Shown piece after piece: positions 37,601-49,859 of a stretch of DNA of 64,000 bases; within the stretch, counting starts at the first letter, position 1; each line of letters opens with the position of its first letter. The translations under genes were made by a program, and so were the position numbers. The notes under the pieces are model-generated. The model searched no databases. It saw only the letters and a list, made by a program, of their open reading frames with translations, and had not been told where the DNA came from. The DNA comes from Antedon mediterranea. Taxonomy: Eukaryota; Animalia; Echinodermata. Where the stretch lies: positions 38,636,304-38,700,303 of the forward strand of contig NC_092671.1 in assembly GCF_964355755.1 (NCBI RefSeq), written 5' to 3'.

Positions 37601-40600
37601 TAAACAAACATGTATGTTAACAAACAAACAAACAAACATGTTTGTAAACAAACAAACAAACATGTTTGTAAACAAACAAACATGTTTGTAAACAAACAAA
37701 CATGTTTGTAAACAAACAAACATGTTTGTAAACAAACAAACAAAACAAACAAACATGTTTGTAAACAAACATGTTTGTAAACAAACAAACATGTATGTAA
37801 ACAAACATGTATGTTAACATACAAACAAACAAACATGTATGTAAACATACAAACAAACATGTATGTAAACAAACAAGTATGTTAACATACAAACAAACAT
37901 GTATGTAAACAAACAAACATGTATGTAAACATACAAACAAACATGTATGTAAACAAACAAACATGTATGTTAACATAAAAACATGTTTTTAATGATATGA
38001 TTTCTATAATGAATGTAATGTAATGTTATTAAACAATATTTCTCATAAATTTCTCAAACAATAACACTACAGTACTAAGACAATGTTATACACTACAGTA
38101 CTAAGACAATGTTATACACTACAGTACTAAGACAATGTTATACATTCTTTTTTCTGTCAACCACTTTAAATATTTTCCCCCAAAAAATTAAAAAATAAGC
38201 AACAATTCATTCACACCTAGCCCCACTTTGACTGTCAAAAATCAATCTATTCAGAATTGTTATGGGGGTTAAATGAAGGAGTTTAAAGGTTGTAGTATCA
38301 TAATTCATAAATATTACTTGTGTGAGTGAGATATAGAGGTTGCCAAATCTGGGTCAATAGGGCAAATACTGACCAAGATATAAATACATAAACACTTAAA
38401 AATAAGCTACCTTAAATAGCTAACTATAATCTAAATGACCTATATTAGTTTTAAGGACAAATAATTTACAAACTCTCAAACATAACAATACTCAATTTTA
38501 AATTCCACACTCTATTATACAATTATATTTACAGTATGTTATTTAGTATTTATTACAACAACATGAAATTAATTTGATTAAAACATTATTTATCAAGTTA
38601 ATATAAACATACTGTACTAGTAGTCTGGTAGCGTATTAAAAGAAAGTTTAAAACCAATATTAATATTGTTTCGACGACTTACATACTAAAACACGCTTAT
38701 AATTAAATTCTGACAAAGTCCACTACATAGCTGTTGGAGATAGTAGTCTTAGGGAAGAGTGGTTGCCATTCATTTCAATATCAATTCATGCAATTGTCAT
38801 GAAAATGATCACTCCATGCCGACATTGCAATCTATATCTTTATCACCGATACAAACACATAGCTTTTGATATAGGAAATTTAAAATTTGATATCTTAATC
38901 TCCATTAAATACTTTATTTTTGGTCAATAATATTAGCAATGATAATATCATAAGCTTTTATCATCTGGCGAGTGGTACCCAGCTTGCTTCTGGTGGTGCA
39001 CATAGCATACACTAAGTATTGAACTGGTTTCACTAAAATAGACACATGCATATCATTTTTTAAATAGGGCAACTGAAAGGTTTCTTTAAAATTTAAAACT
39101 CCAAATGCATTTGAATACCCACAAACCCTTTCTGTGTTTATTTTTATCATGTGATCAAAAGCCATGTGATGCTGAAATGGATGTTTTGGCTAAAATCTAT
39201 TCTAAATAGGTTATGAATATTCATCAGGTCATTCTAGCAACTGGCTCTTCAATCCTTTACACTTACCCCATTCATTGCCAATTGCTAGGTGCCAAGAAAA
39301 CAATCAAGATTAAAAAAAAAAACCAAAGAAAACATAAATGCTTTAATGCTACCCAAAATAAACTTGTTGACAATATTGAAACAAATTTTGAATAAAATAA
39401 GAGTTATACTTCATATCCCATTTCATTTTAATATTTAAAAAACTGTAATAAAATTATATAAAAATACACAAAATATTAATTGTTAAAAAAAATTAAACAA
39501 TAATGTAAATGAATGATTTGTACGGTAAATGATATATATATTTTAGAATTTGAATTTTTAAAAAAGGAATTCAAAATTAAAATGTTTTCTGACTAACCTT
39601 CTTGGAGGTCTCGCATTGGATTATACTCAGCTGGTTCAGCAGGATTTGTATCAGTGCGAGATTCAACAGAAATAACAGGTGTCGGTTCATCAGAAATCAC
39701 AGGTGTTGGTTCATCAGAAATCACAGTTGTTGGTTCATCAGAAATCACAGTTGTTGGTTCATCAGAAATCACAGGTGTTGGTTCATCAGAAATCACAGTT
39801 GTTGATTCATCAGAAATCACAGGTGTTGGTTCATCAGAAATCACAGTTGTTGGTTCATCAGAAATCACAGTTGTTGGTTCATCAGAAATCACAGTTGTTG
39901 GTTCATCAGAGATCACAGGTGTTGGTTCATCAGAAATCACAGGTGTTGGTTCATCAGAAATCACAGGTGTTTGTTCGACAGAAATCACAGGTGTTGGTTC
40001 ATCAGAAATCACAGGTGTTGGTTCATCAGAAATCACAGGTGTTGGTTCATCAGAAATCACAGGCGTGGGTGTAATAGTAGAGGAATCAGGTTGTTCGAGA
40101 GGTAGAGTTTTAAGATGAACTGTTATGAAAGATAAAACAATGAATAAATAATACACAACATATTTCCAACAGCCATCTCAATAATGAAATAGTAGTAGGG
40201 AGATTAATACAAAATTTAAAAGATATAATATTGGGAGAAAATGAGCCGGTCTACTAATACTAATCTCTTCACTAGAATTTCCCATTGTTATTCTGGTAAA
40301 ATAAACATGAATTTGGACATTGAGCAAATTCTTAGTAGAGTATTTGATATCTACAATTTGGCCAGTATCACAACACTCACCTATGATGCTGGTACACAGG
40401 AAGAAATATGATGAAACTGTTAGTGTTCATGCACTATGCACACAAATCAGTTTTTAGGAAGGTTATCATTGAAAAATCAGACACAGTGTATCAGAAGTGT
40501 TACAGAGGCCAGATTAGGTTTCTAATAAAAAATGTACAATTTGTGACATTATGAAAGTCATAAATGTCAAATGAAGGAACCTCCAGCAAAGATGCACAAA

Positions 40601-43600
40601 CAGCCATAAAATAAATTTTGAAATTCTTTAAATATAAACACATAACCTAGATTTAGTATAGATAAATACAGTATTAACATATTTGGTAGTTTTCCTGGTG
40701 AGAGGGATTAATGTAGACGTTTTAATAAAACAAGTAAATTGCACTATTGTAAAGTTACTATACAAAACAAACCACTACACAAATGAATATACCATATTTA
40801 AATAACGTAACTGAACTTTGACCTAGTAATGGATAAAACCTTAAAGAAAGTTGTGTATTAAGACTGCATGCAGAGTAGCTATAACTACAGAATAAACGCA
40901 CAAAATGATTAAAATACACAATTTACACAGAATACTAGATAGTCATGCATAATAAATGGAGCAATCGGTTAAAATCAACCCTTGGCATTGCAAATCACAT
41001 GTATCATGCAAATACAGAAATAGCTGCCAATATATGACACTCTCATTTCTTGTTTTTTAATCAAAGACTAGAGCATTGTCTACACTATCAAATTTTATGT
41101 GATACAAAAATGTGATGTGCACTATGGACATGATGATGTAATATCACTACCATATTTGGGCACATCACACATTTTTTTGTCAAACTAGTTTGATAGTGTA
41201 GACAGAGCTTTAGACATTTATCATTCAACATATTTATTTTGTTCTGAAGGATAATGGGAAATGATGAATTAAAAAAATTAATAAAATTAAGACCAATAAA
41301 GCAATAAATTAGTGTCATTTTGGTGATATCATTTTCATACTGCTAGTATGCATAGTACAAAGACTTGACCAAGTCTCTGGTTATTGTCTTATGTTGTAAT
41401 AATGTATTCCTTTAATGTTTGTTCCTCAGTAGATGCCAACTGCTAAGTATACGTATGACATGCCTTGTGTGCCAAAATTTAAGTTTATCTGTTTACTGAA
41501 TCATTATTTAGAACCTAGACTAGTGTAGTGCAAATCAGTAGAATACCAGCTACTCAAGTATATGTATGACATGCCATGTGTGCCAAAATGTAAATCTTTT
41601 TACCAAAATCGTTAATTAAAACCTAGACTAGATAGTGCAAATCAGTAGAATGCCAGCTACTCAAGTATATGTATGACATGCCATGTGTGCCAAAATGTAT
41701 ATCTTTTTACCAGAATCGTTATTTAGAACCTAGACTAGTATAGTGCAAATCAGTAGAATGCCAGCTACTCAAGTATATGTATGACATGCCATGTGTGCCA
41801 AAATGTATATCTTTTTACCAGAATCGTTATTTAGAACCTAGACTAGTACAGTACATTGAACTACAGCAATTCAAAAGGAAAAGTAAAATATCTAAAAAAA
41901 TAGGAAAATATTTGGTCCTTAAAATTAAACAAAAATCTTAATAAAAGTCAAATAATTATCGGGGAGGTCACCACTTTTTCGCAGCACACTTTTGATCCCT
42001 TCCCCAATATTCCAAAGGGCTTTCATTATATACAGTTATCACGATATTTGTTTTCAGAGGAAAAGCAAAAGATAACAAGTTGCAAAAACTTTCTACACAT
42101 CAGGAAATGGATATCATTGTGAAATTGGGTAGGAAATAATAAAGTTATATTTAACATCATAATCTGCAAGTGGAAAACCAATTGTGTTCTATGCTGACTT
42201 TAGTAACAATAACAACATATTGCACAGCTGAGGCCAAACTGTATACCAATACATTCTTTATAAGAAATATTTCTTACAAAAAACAGTTTTAATTATTGTT
42301 CTTTGTTCATTAAGTGATGCTTTTTTTATTAATGGTATAAAAACAACATTTCTAATTCCTCAGAACCTTCGCCGTACAGGGAAGCTTCTCTAATACACAC
42401 CATTCGCCAAAACTATTTAGCATAGAGGAAGGATTTGACCATTATTCAATGATAAATGCCTACGTTGACAGCCAGATTACTGTCTCATAGATTCTGTTCT
42501 CCCAGACGTGCTTTAGAGTTTGAGCATGCCCAGTCCGAGTTTCTAAATACCCCAAAAACAGGACACTACTGAAACAAACAAGGGACATTATAAGTTTTGG
42601 AAAAAACAAATAACAAAAAAATGATAGAAACCATAGAAGCTATGGACCGAGCGTAGACGGCATGAATCGCAAATCAATCGAAATGACTCATAAGTGGAAG
42701 TACTGGTGTTTAGACAACTGTAATTATGATTGTTGTGAGCTACTAACGTCTAGAAATTGATGATACATCATGCGTTAAATGAGATGTAAGTAAACTGAAA
42801 TCAGTCAACACCTCCGCCTTTTCACCATCTATTGCCGATTAGTAGTGCTAACATTAAAAGGTCTCCATTTTGATACAAATTTCAGGCTGATATCTTTAAA
42901 ATTCAAAACTAAAAATAAAAAGGAGATACCGGTATAGACCAAGTATAGTACTTCGAAAATGTGCACAATTACAAAAAATGTTTCAATTTATTGAAGCAAG
43001 TTTTAAGGCCAATTTACACAGAAGAGCGGTAACGGTACGCGGAAAACTGCGTAGATTGTCCAACATAGAATCTGTATCTATCCTGTGCGGAAACCGCCTT
43101 TCCGCTCGGCATTGTGTGTAAATGGTCATAATGAATAACATAGATTCTATATTTTTATTACCATCACCGCTCATCTGTGTAAATTTGTCTTTAGTTTTAC
43201 AGCCAAATGTGACAAAGAGTGAGTTCTGTGAGTGAAAATCAAAACCTCTAGGACCCATTTTCGATATCTGAACCCATGAGCTTACATACTGCACCTCCCC
43301 ACCCAGCAGTGTCATATTACAATCACCCCCTCTGACAGCCTTCCAATCTTGGCACAGCTGAGTTATCATACTAGGATAAGTAGCTATTTAAACATATGAT
43401 GATACAACATGAATATGTAATGTGCTTGGCAGTTACTTGGTTGATCTTTACAACTTTAATGTTATAGCATTTCCTGTCGACAGCCAGCTATTTTTATTGA
43501 TGCTATTTCCAGCTGTATGGACAAAGACTTTGGAAGAATAGCCTGAAAACTAAACTCTCTTTCTGGAAACCAAAAATAACTTTTTGTAAACATAATATAT

Positions 43601-46600
43601 TTTAATTCTATTATTTATCCAACACCACCTAGTGTTGTTATAATATATTGTGTTCAAACTCACAGTAAAAATGTATTTACCTGAGAAAAATGTAATTTAA
43701 AGAAAAAAATGGTCAAATTGTCTGGAAGACAATGAGTTTTTGGGTAATTTAACTGTTAATTTGTCTTTTTAGAGGTGAAATAATTTTTTTCCCACGTTTT
43801 TTTTTCTTATGAAGGTGAACAACTTCATTAAAACTGCAAAATGGCCTATTCAAAGTCCGATTTTAAAAATCCCCAATGATTTTGGGGGACAATACATCTT
43901 TAATATATAAATTTAGTATATAATCAGTGATATAATGTTAGTACAATATTATATAATAGTATAGCAAAATCCACACAAGTTTGCAACTAGTACAGAAACC
44001 ATTAGTAATAGTTGGAGAAACAAAGAGGAAGGGAGGGAAGGAGAGTCAGAGTCAAAGGTGAAACATGCTATACTCCACAAACATAGGATTTAATACACTC
44101 ATGCTCAGATTAATAATTATATATAAACAAGTACATTTATTCATCAATTATTTTTAACAAATTTCTTACCATAATTTGAAACCGGAACAGATGGACAAAG
44201 AAATAAAATGAAAATAATGAATAATATTGTTAGAACAGCACATATAAATTTAAATTATGTTCAAACAAAATGACAACAAAAATTAATTAATATTTTCTTT
44301 ATTATTTTTTTATATTTAAATGCAGGTGTCCCTACAATTTAGGATATAACAAATTACAACAGATTGTTATATAAATTGATTAATACAGATGACTAAATTT
44401 TACAAAAAAAAAAAATTACTATTTCATCATTATACTAAATAAAGATAAATATCTCTTTTAAAAGATGGCATACTAAAAAGTGAAAATAATAATTTAAATT
44501 TGTAGGTAATAAATGATATAATAAATCTAAATTAGCTTTCTTTTCTCTCACTAAAGATCATCTTGCAATTTCAAAGCGTTTTATTGAATTTCATTACAGC
44601 CTAATAATGTCATTCATCACTTACTTGGAGGTCAACTACCTTATATGGCAATGATACTGGCAAACACAGTACTGAGCTGTGATTGGCTGAGCTGCAAGGG
44701 GTGTGTTTTCCATCATAACTTGGATTTAGAGATGACAAGTATTGACACTACTGTGATACACTTAATAATCTATCCACTAATACTTAATTAAATACGTTAT
44801 TGCCTCTAGCATAATATCATACTGTATCAAGTTCAATATAAATTATTGTTTAACCTATATTATTATTAACAAATAATACACAGGAGCTATTCATTACCTT
44901 TGTTAATTTTAATAACGTCTAATAGTTAAACATAAAATTTAAAAAAAAATATATTAAAATTTAATTGTTTACAAAAAAAGAATAATAGTAATAACAATGC
45001 TATACTGTACTTATAATAAAAATGATTAATTTTAATAACTTAATTTGGTGTCTTAATTGACGCCAGGTTAGGATCTGTCCCATCAATGGATCAGGCATTG
45101 ATTATCTAAAACAATTTAGTAACATCCACTTTATTCAAATACAAATTAATTTCTTTTCTTTTTTTCTTCTTATATAAAATAAATTATAAAAAATAACAAT
45201 ACTTACAATATTGTAATATTAATAATAATTATAGGGAAGTTTTTTTCCTTGTTTAAATAGCATTGAATGAACAAAAAAAATTAAAAGGTATAAATTTAGA
45301 GTAATAAATAATTTTGTTAACTATCAAGAACATTTGAGCTTAATAATTTATAGGACTATAATAAATAACAAAAAATGTATGTTTACCTTTTTGTTGGTTT
45401 TTCGGCTTCTCTTGAGGCCTGTGAGCATTTTCAATCTCCCTCGTTTCAGCATGACCATGGTAAACCAAGTTACTCTGTATCTTTGTATTTTTCATAGCTT
45501 TGTCTGTTAATGGGTCACTTTCCACTGATATCTTTTTACCCTTTTGTTCCTCCAAATCTTTGTGATATTGAACCTGTTAATAATCAAAATGATTACCTCA
45601 GTTACTGTAATAAATGTAGTTCAATTATTGGGAATTATATGTTTGTGTATTGTGAATTAGTAACACAAATATAATCAAATCAAATCAAATTAATTTTTCA
45701 AGTAAATGAATTCATTGTTCAAGTAATTCTAATTAAGAACCAACGATACAGTTTTTTTTTTATAATTTAATTTTTAATCATAGTTTAAAGATAAATGTCT
45801 TTAGAGAGGGGTGGACTTACAAGATCAAACCTCTAAAACATAGAATTGAGAATTGGGTAGTTTTTTATTGGAGGGGAGAAGTTGTTATTGATTTTTACCG
45901 AATGGCAAGAACATTTTCTCACCTCTCATTCTATAGTTCTTTTTAAAATAAAAGTTTAAAGCTCTGTCCACACTATCAAACTTTACGTGACAAAAAAATG
46001 TGATGTGCCCAAATATGGTAGTGATTTGACGTCATAGAGTTGAAATATGGGCACATCACATTCTGTCATGAAGTTTGATAGTGTAGACAGAGCTAAAGGA
46101 TAAATTTCTTATTATAGGCTGATTGAATTCATTGAATGGTTTCACTTACAACTTTATAAATCAGAGATGATCTTTAATTGTAAATAAAGACAATTAAACT
46201 CACATTACTGATTGTTTTAGTATTTGCTTTCACTCTTCTGTTTTCTGGAGTATCAGCTACTTGAGTGAACTTAGTGGTTGGATAATGACTGTGAAATAAA
46301 ACAATTGATTGGCAATAGGACAAAGTTCAATCTTTGAACTGATGTGTTTAAATTAAGTGTATTTTACTTTATTCTACAAAATAGAAATTTCATAATCAAA
46401 TAGTCTTAAGCTCTGTCTGCACTATCAAACTAGTTTGACAAAAAAGGTGTTGGCACAAATATGGTAGTGATGTGCCCAAATATGGTAGAGTGATATGACA
46501 TCATCATGTCCATGGGCACATCACATTTGTTGTCACATAAAGTTTGATAGTGTAGACTGAGCTTTACAATTAAGTTTCAAGAAATTGATACATTAAAATT

Positions 46601-49600
46601 AGTATTAGTATTTTTTATATTAACAAAAGCATTCTTATATATTTATTTAATACTGTAAATACAAGTATCATCAACGGATGCTATCAAACATATGCGAAGG
46701 ATTACAATTAGTGATAGGTGCATACATCAACGTCACTAGCTGTCAAATTAATCCATTGAATAACAGTCAACTAGAATTAGAAATGTAGATATATGCATTT
46801 CAAAAACTACTGTGTAATCATTTAAATCTCAAACTTTGCGTATAGTTAGTTAGCACCGTTTATACAGGATTCAAATAATCTTTATTGTAATAAGTAAACA
46901 GAGATTGAATTTTACATGGTATAAAATGAACAGACAAGTTATAAAATTGTATGACAAGGATACATAACATCTCAATACATAATTTATGGGATAAAAACAA
47001 TATAAATTTAAAGCTAAAGGTAGAAAGGGAACCGGTACAAATTTAAGAATAGGTTAAAATTCAAATAAATCAGTATTTTTTACAGCGGATCACAGATACA
47101 TTGGATCTTACACCCAACATACATAGAATTCAAACGGGTAATTTGATCATAATAATTAACGCTATACGAATCCTGATGGATATTAATAGGGCATATCAAA
47201 TACATTTTAATATGCACGTACTTGCCTGAACTTAGTCAAGTGTTAAAAATAAATGGTCCAATTTATTAGTTATTACTGAATGTTTTTTAAAAGAATCAAT
47301 TAAAACTATCTATAATTATATCAAACTTTATGTGACAAAAAAAAATGTGATGTGCCTATATATGGACATGATGATGTCATATCACTACCATATTTTAGCA
47401 TATCACTATCAAATTTGGGCACATAACACTTTTTTGTTGAAATAGTTTTATAGTGTAGACAGAGATTTAGTTTACACTATCAAACTAGTGTGACTATGTC
47501 CTAATATGGTGGTAGTGATATGACATCATCATGTCCATATATGGGCACATCACATTTGTATGTCACATAAAGTTTGATAGTGTAGACAGAGCTGAAATGT
47601 AATAACATACATTAAATGACCTATCCTAGGTCAAGTATACAATCTTTGAATATCTACAACATATAATGATACCTGAATACAGTGAATGAATACATAAAAA
47701 GACTTACGCGTTGCAATATGGCTTTTTGCTATATCCTTTATAATTTTTCATTGTCAGTTTTGTGTTACAAATTTCACAGCTAAAACATCCCTTGTGCCAG
47801 ATCTGAAGAAAGAGAATCACAAAAATGCATTTTATTTTATCTTGTCTCATTTAAATACCGACCAGAGAAACAGATTTTCTGTTTATTTTTTTTGCAATTT
47901 GTTACGCAATTTTAAAAAGAACTTTAAATTGCAAGAAAAGTCTACTGTCAGTGTTTGAGTTTACTGTTATTTTAAAGGCAGAATCCCCGTCGTAAATTCA
48001 CTCTGCACTCCACTGGCTGATAAAAAGTAGACTTCAATTTTTGGAAGTAAAAGTATAGGCCTAGGCCAATAGCGCGCAAGTAGTTGGAGTTAAGAAATCC
48101 TTGCACAATTTATCACAGAGATGCCGAAAACATAAAAAAATAAAGAAAATGGGTCCAACATTCATTTTTAACAATATTATTATTAATTAGGATGAATGAT
48201 TAATTAATTAGGGCCAGTTTTAGTTTATATTTTATAAACTCTGTAGTGTTTTGTGTTCGACTGGTGATTCAAATGAACAATTAATAATTAACTAATCATA
48301 CATAATTGTTTAATAGTCTTATGAAAATATATCATGTATCATCCCCTATATTCATATCATAGCCTTGGTTAATCTTTCCTCATCATCTATCCAGAACAGC
48401 CGCCGCAATTCCTTCATCTACACCGCCCACCTACCTACCAATACCACATCCAACAATCGAGAGGAGGCCTGAATTGAGGAATCCGAGAGATGTCGATCAC
48501 GCTTACGTACCTGATCCAGGCATTTGAGCTGTTCCATCGAGTAAACAATACGAGTGCATCTTGCACATGGTTTACCACTCATAATGATTTTATTTGTATT
48601 GATGAACTTTGAATGTAAAACTCAACAGATAAATAACTAGCGTTATCTTATGAAATTTAGTCCAAACTTGTTTTAATTTTCACACACAACTCGCAACCTC
48701 CGACGGAGATTGACACACGTACACACAACGCATAAAAGATGCAAACAAAAATACCAACTAACTTCACTGAGAGGGCGACAAACTGAACGTAAAATTCACC
48801 AGAAATCTGTTATTAAAATATCAATGCATAGAGATATTATCACTATAATATCTCTATGATCAATGTAAAATTTATATATATATATATTTAAATTAAGGTA
48901 CCGGTACTGTAGTATAATTATATAATAATATAAAGTAGGTTATGTCCTGTTCTGTAAAAATAAAAGACGGCCTGAAAAAAATCTTCTAGGAAAAGACATA
49001 TCGCTATAACTGTTGAAATTATTGTCCATAACAGATAATATGATTAAACACGGGTTTTTTATCGAAAGAAAAAAAAAAAATAAGTTGAGTACATACAGTG
49101 TTGTCGGCAGGCCCTACTAAATAGACGAACTTTAAAATATTCGTCATTAAAGTCTCCCTTAATATACATATTCACGTAGGCCTACAGAGTATGAAAAATA
49201 AAGTGTAAAACAAACCGTAAAATCATGAATTGTGTTTGGAGGCTAATTTTGCATCAATGAAAAAAAAATAGACCTTAATATATGTTCCTACCTATTCTAT
49301 ATATGTTTATTTCTTGTAATTTAGTATTTTTAGGTGTCAGTGGGTTTCCTGCTGCTGTAGTGTTAATTATCAATGGTATTGTAGTTACTGTAGTTGAATT
49401 GTTTTGACATGTTGACCTACGTCGACTTTTTATTGTAATTGTTTTTTTCTATATCATGTTTTTTTTTGGCGTATATTTCTTTTGGATGCACCTTCCATTT
49501 GGTCGAGTGCCACTGTTGTAAAAGTGTAATCTCCAAATAAATTATTATTATTATACAATAAGCATTTGTTTAGCCAGTGGACTAAAACCTAGCATCAAAA

Positions 49601-49859
49601 CCTACACTCACTTTAACGATCGACTCCATACACTCAAATTAAAGAGTTAAGTTAAGAACTAGCAAAGACACGAATATGATTTGCTCAAACGTAATCTTTC
49701 TTCTTTTAACTGTCAGTTGTGAAGATTTCCCAAAAATGTTTCTTTTTTTTTTGGTCAACTTCATAGCACCAAGGCTGACCCACTCACCTTGTCCAAAGCT
49801 CCTAATTTCTCAACAGGATATACCAGCTTCTTACACCGTGCGCAGGGTACGCAACTCAT
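34652..49859 (-). CDS. LASP1: LIM and SH3 domain protein (LASP). Exon 1a 49859-49788 or exon 1b 48582-48511, then 47802-47708, 46288-46204, 45573-45387, optional cassettes, 35826-35774, 34831-34652
   Basis: LIM: CARC...[11 protein letters not shown]...PYCNAH. Nebulin repeats: VADTPEN...SNVQYHKD...SNLVY. SH3: ALYDY...DDGWMTG...[13 protein letters not shown] introns with consistent phase. Confidence 0.93.
34912..35268 (+). mobile_element. 5S rRNA-derived SINE (SINE3-type)
   Basis: 34912-35025 matches 5S rRNA with several substitutions (box A AGTTAAGCA, box C TGGATGGGAGACC). It runs into a ~220-bp unrelated body ending in AATAAA and poly(A). Confidence 0.75.
35369..35662 (+). mobile_element. 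tRNA-derived SINE with Deu/Nin-like central domain
   Basis: A box TGGCCGAGCGG and B box GGTTCAAGTC, then tcttctcggatagggactaaaaaccgtaggtcc...taaagaacc...agtagggg. Second copy at 57044. Confidence 0.8.
36187..36436. repeat. 48-bp minisatellite, ~5 copies
   Basis: aaccattccacattctcaatacagcctgtattggcagagtctagacagc repeated. Confidence 0.9.
36803..37985. repeat. Compound (AAAC)n/(ATGT)n microsatellite, ~1.2 kb
   Basis: Simple-sequence run; it explains the spurious MFVCL/YIHV ORFs. Confidence 0.97.
38064..38144. repeat. 26-bp tandem repeat, 3 copies
   Basis: acactacagtactaagacaatgttat repeated. Confidence 0.85.
39267..39284 (-). CDS. LASP1: Candidate 18-nt LASP microexon (AIGNEW), phase 1-1
   Basis: ttttcttggcacctag|CAATTGGCAATGAATGGG|gtaagt; preserves the frame of the flanking exons. 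Confidence 0.5.
39598..40119 (-). CDS. LASP1: Candidate 522-nt LASP cassette exon encoding 17 x PT(P/T)VISDE
   Basis: tttcataacag|TT...G|gttagt; phase 1-1, open in the LASP frame, with unique coding sequence on both sides of the 24-bp repeat. Confidence 0.65.
41430..41850. repeat. ~109-bp tandem repeat, ~4 copies
   Basis: gtatgacatgccatgtgtgccaaaat...agaacctagactag repeated. Confidence 0.9.
48511..48582 (-). CDS. LASP1: LASP alternative first exon 1b: [24 protein letters not shown]
   Basis: ATG plus 72 nt, donor CAG|gtacgt, phase 0 as exon 2 requires. Too short to appear in the ORF track. Confidence 0.85.
48827..48858. mobile_element. 32-bp P-superfamily-like hairpin / excision footprint with 7-bp TSD
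   Basis: atcaatg|catagagatattatcactataatatctctatg|atcaatg. Confidence 0.75.
49788..49859 (-). CDS. LASP1: LASP alternative first exon 1a: [24 protein letters not shown]
   Basis: ATG plus 72 nt, donor AAG|gtgagt, phase 0. Confidence 0.85.

Noticed and set aside
36877-37976. Seven overlapping ORFs (MFVCL/YIHV/LHTC repeats)
   Set aside because: Artefacts of the AAAC/ATGT microsatellite; no splice signals or domain content.
39602-40118. Plus-strand repeat ORFs (GSSEIT, VHQKSQ)
   Set aside because: Antisense or alternative frames of the 24-bp repeat; only the minus frame has matching splice sites and phase.
36187-41850. Regular short repeats as a possible CRISPR array
   Set aside because: Head-to-tail tandem units without unique spacers, in a eukaryotic intron, with no cas genes.
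43675-43690. Minus-strand cag|gtaaat recursive splice-like site in the LASP intron
   Set aside because: Part of a Kolobok-like MITE; the same sequence occurs in the copy at ~26285.
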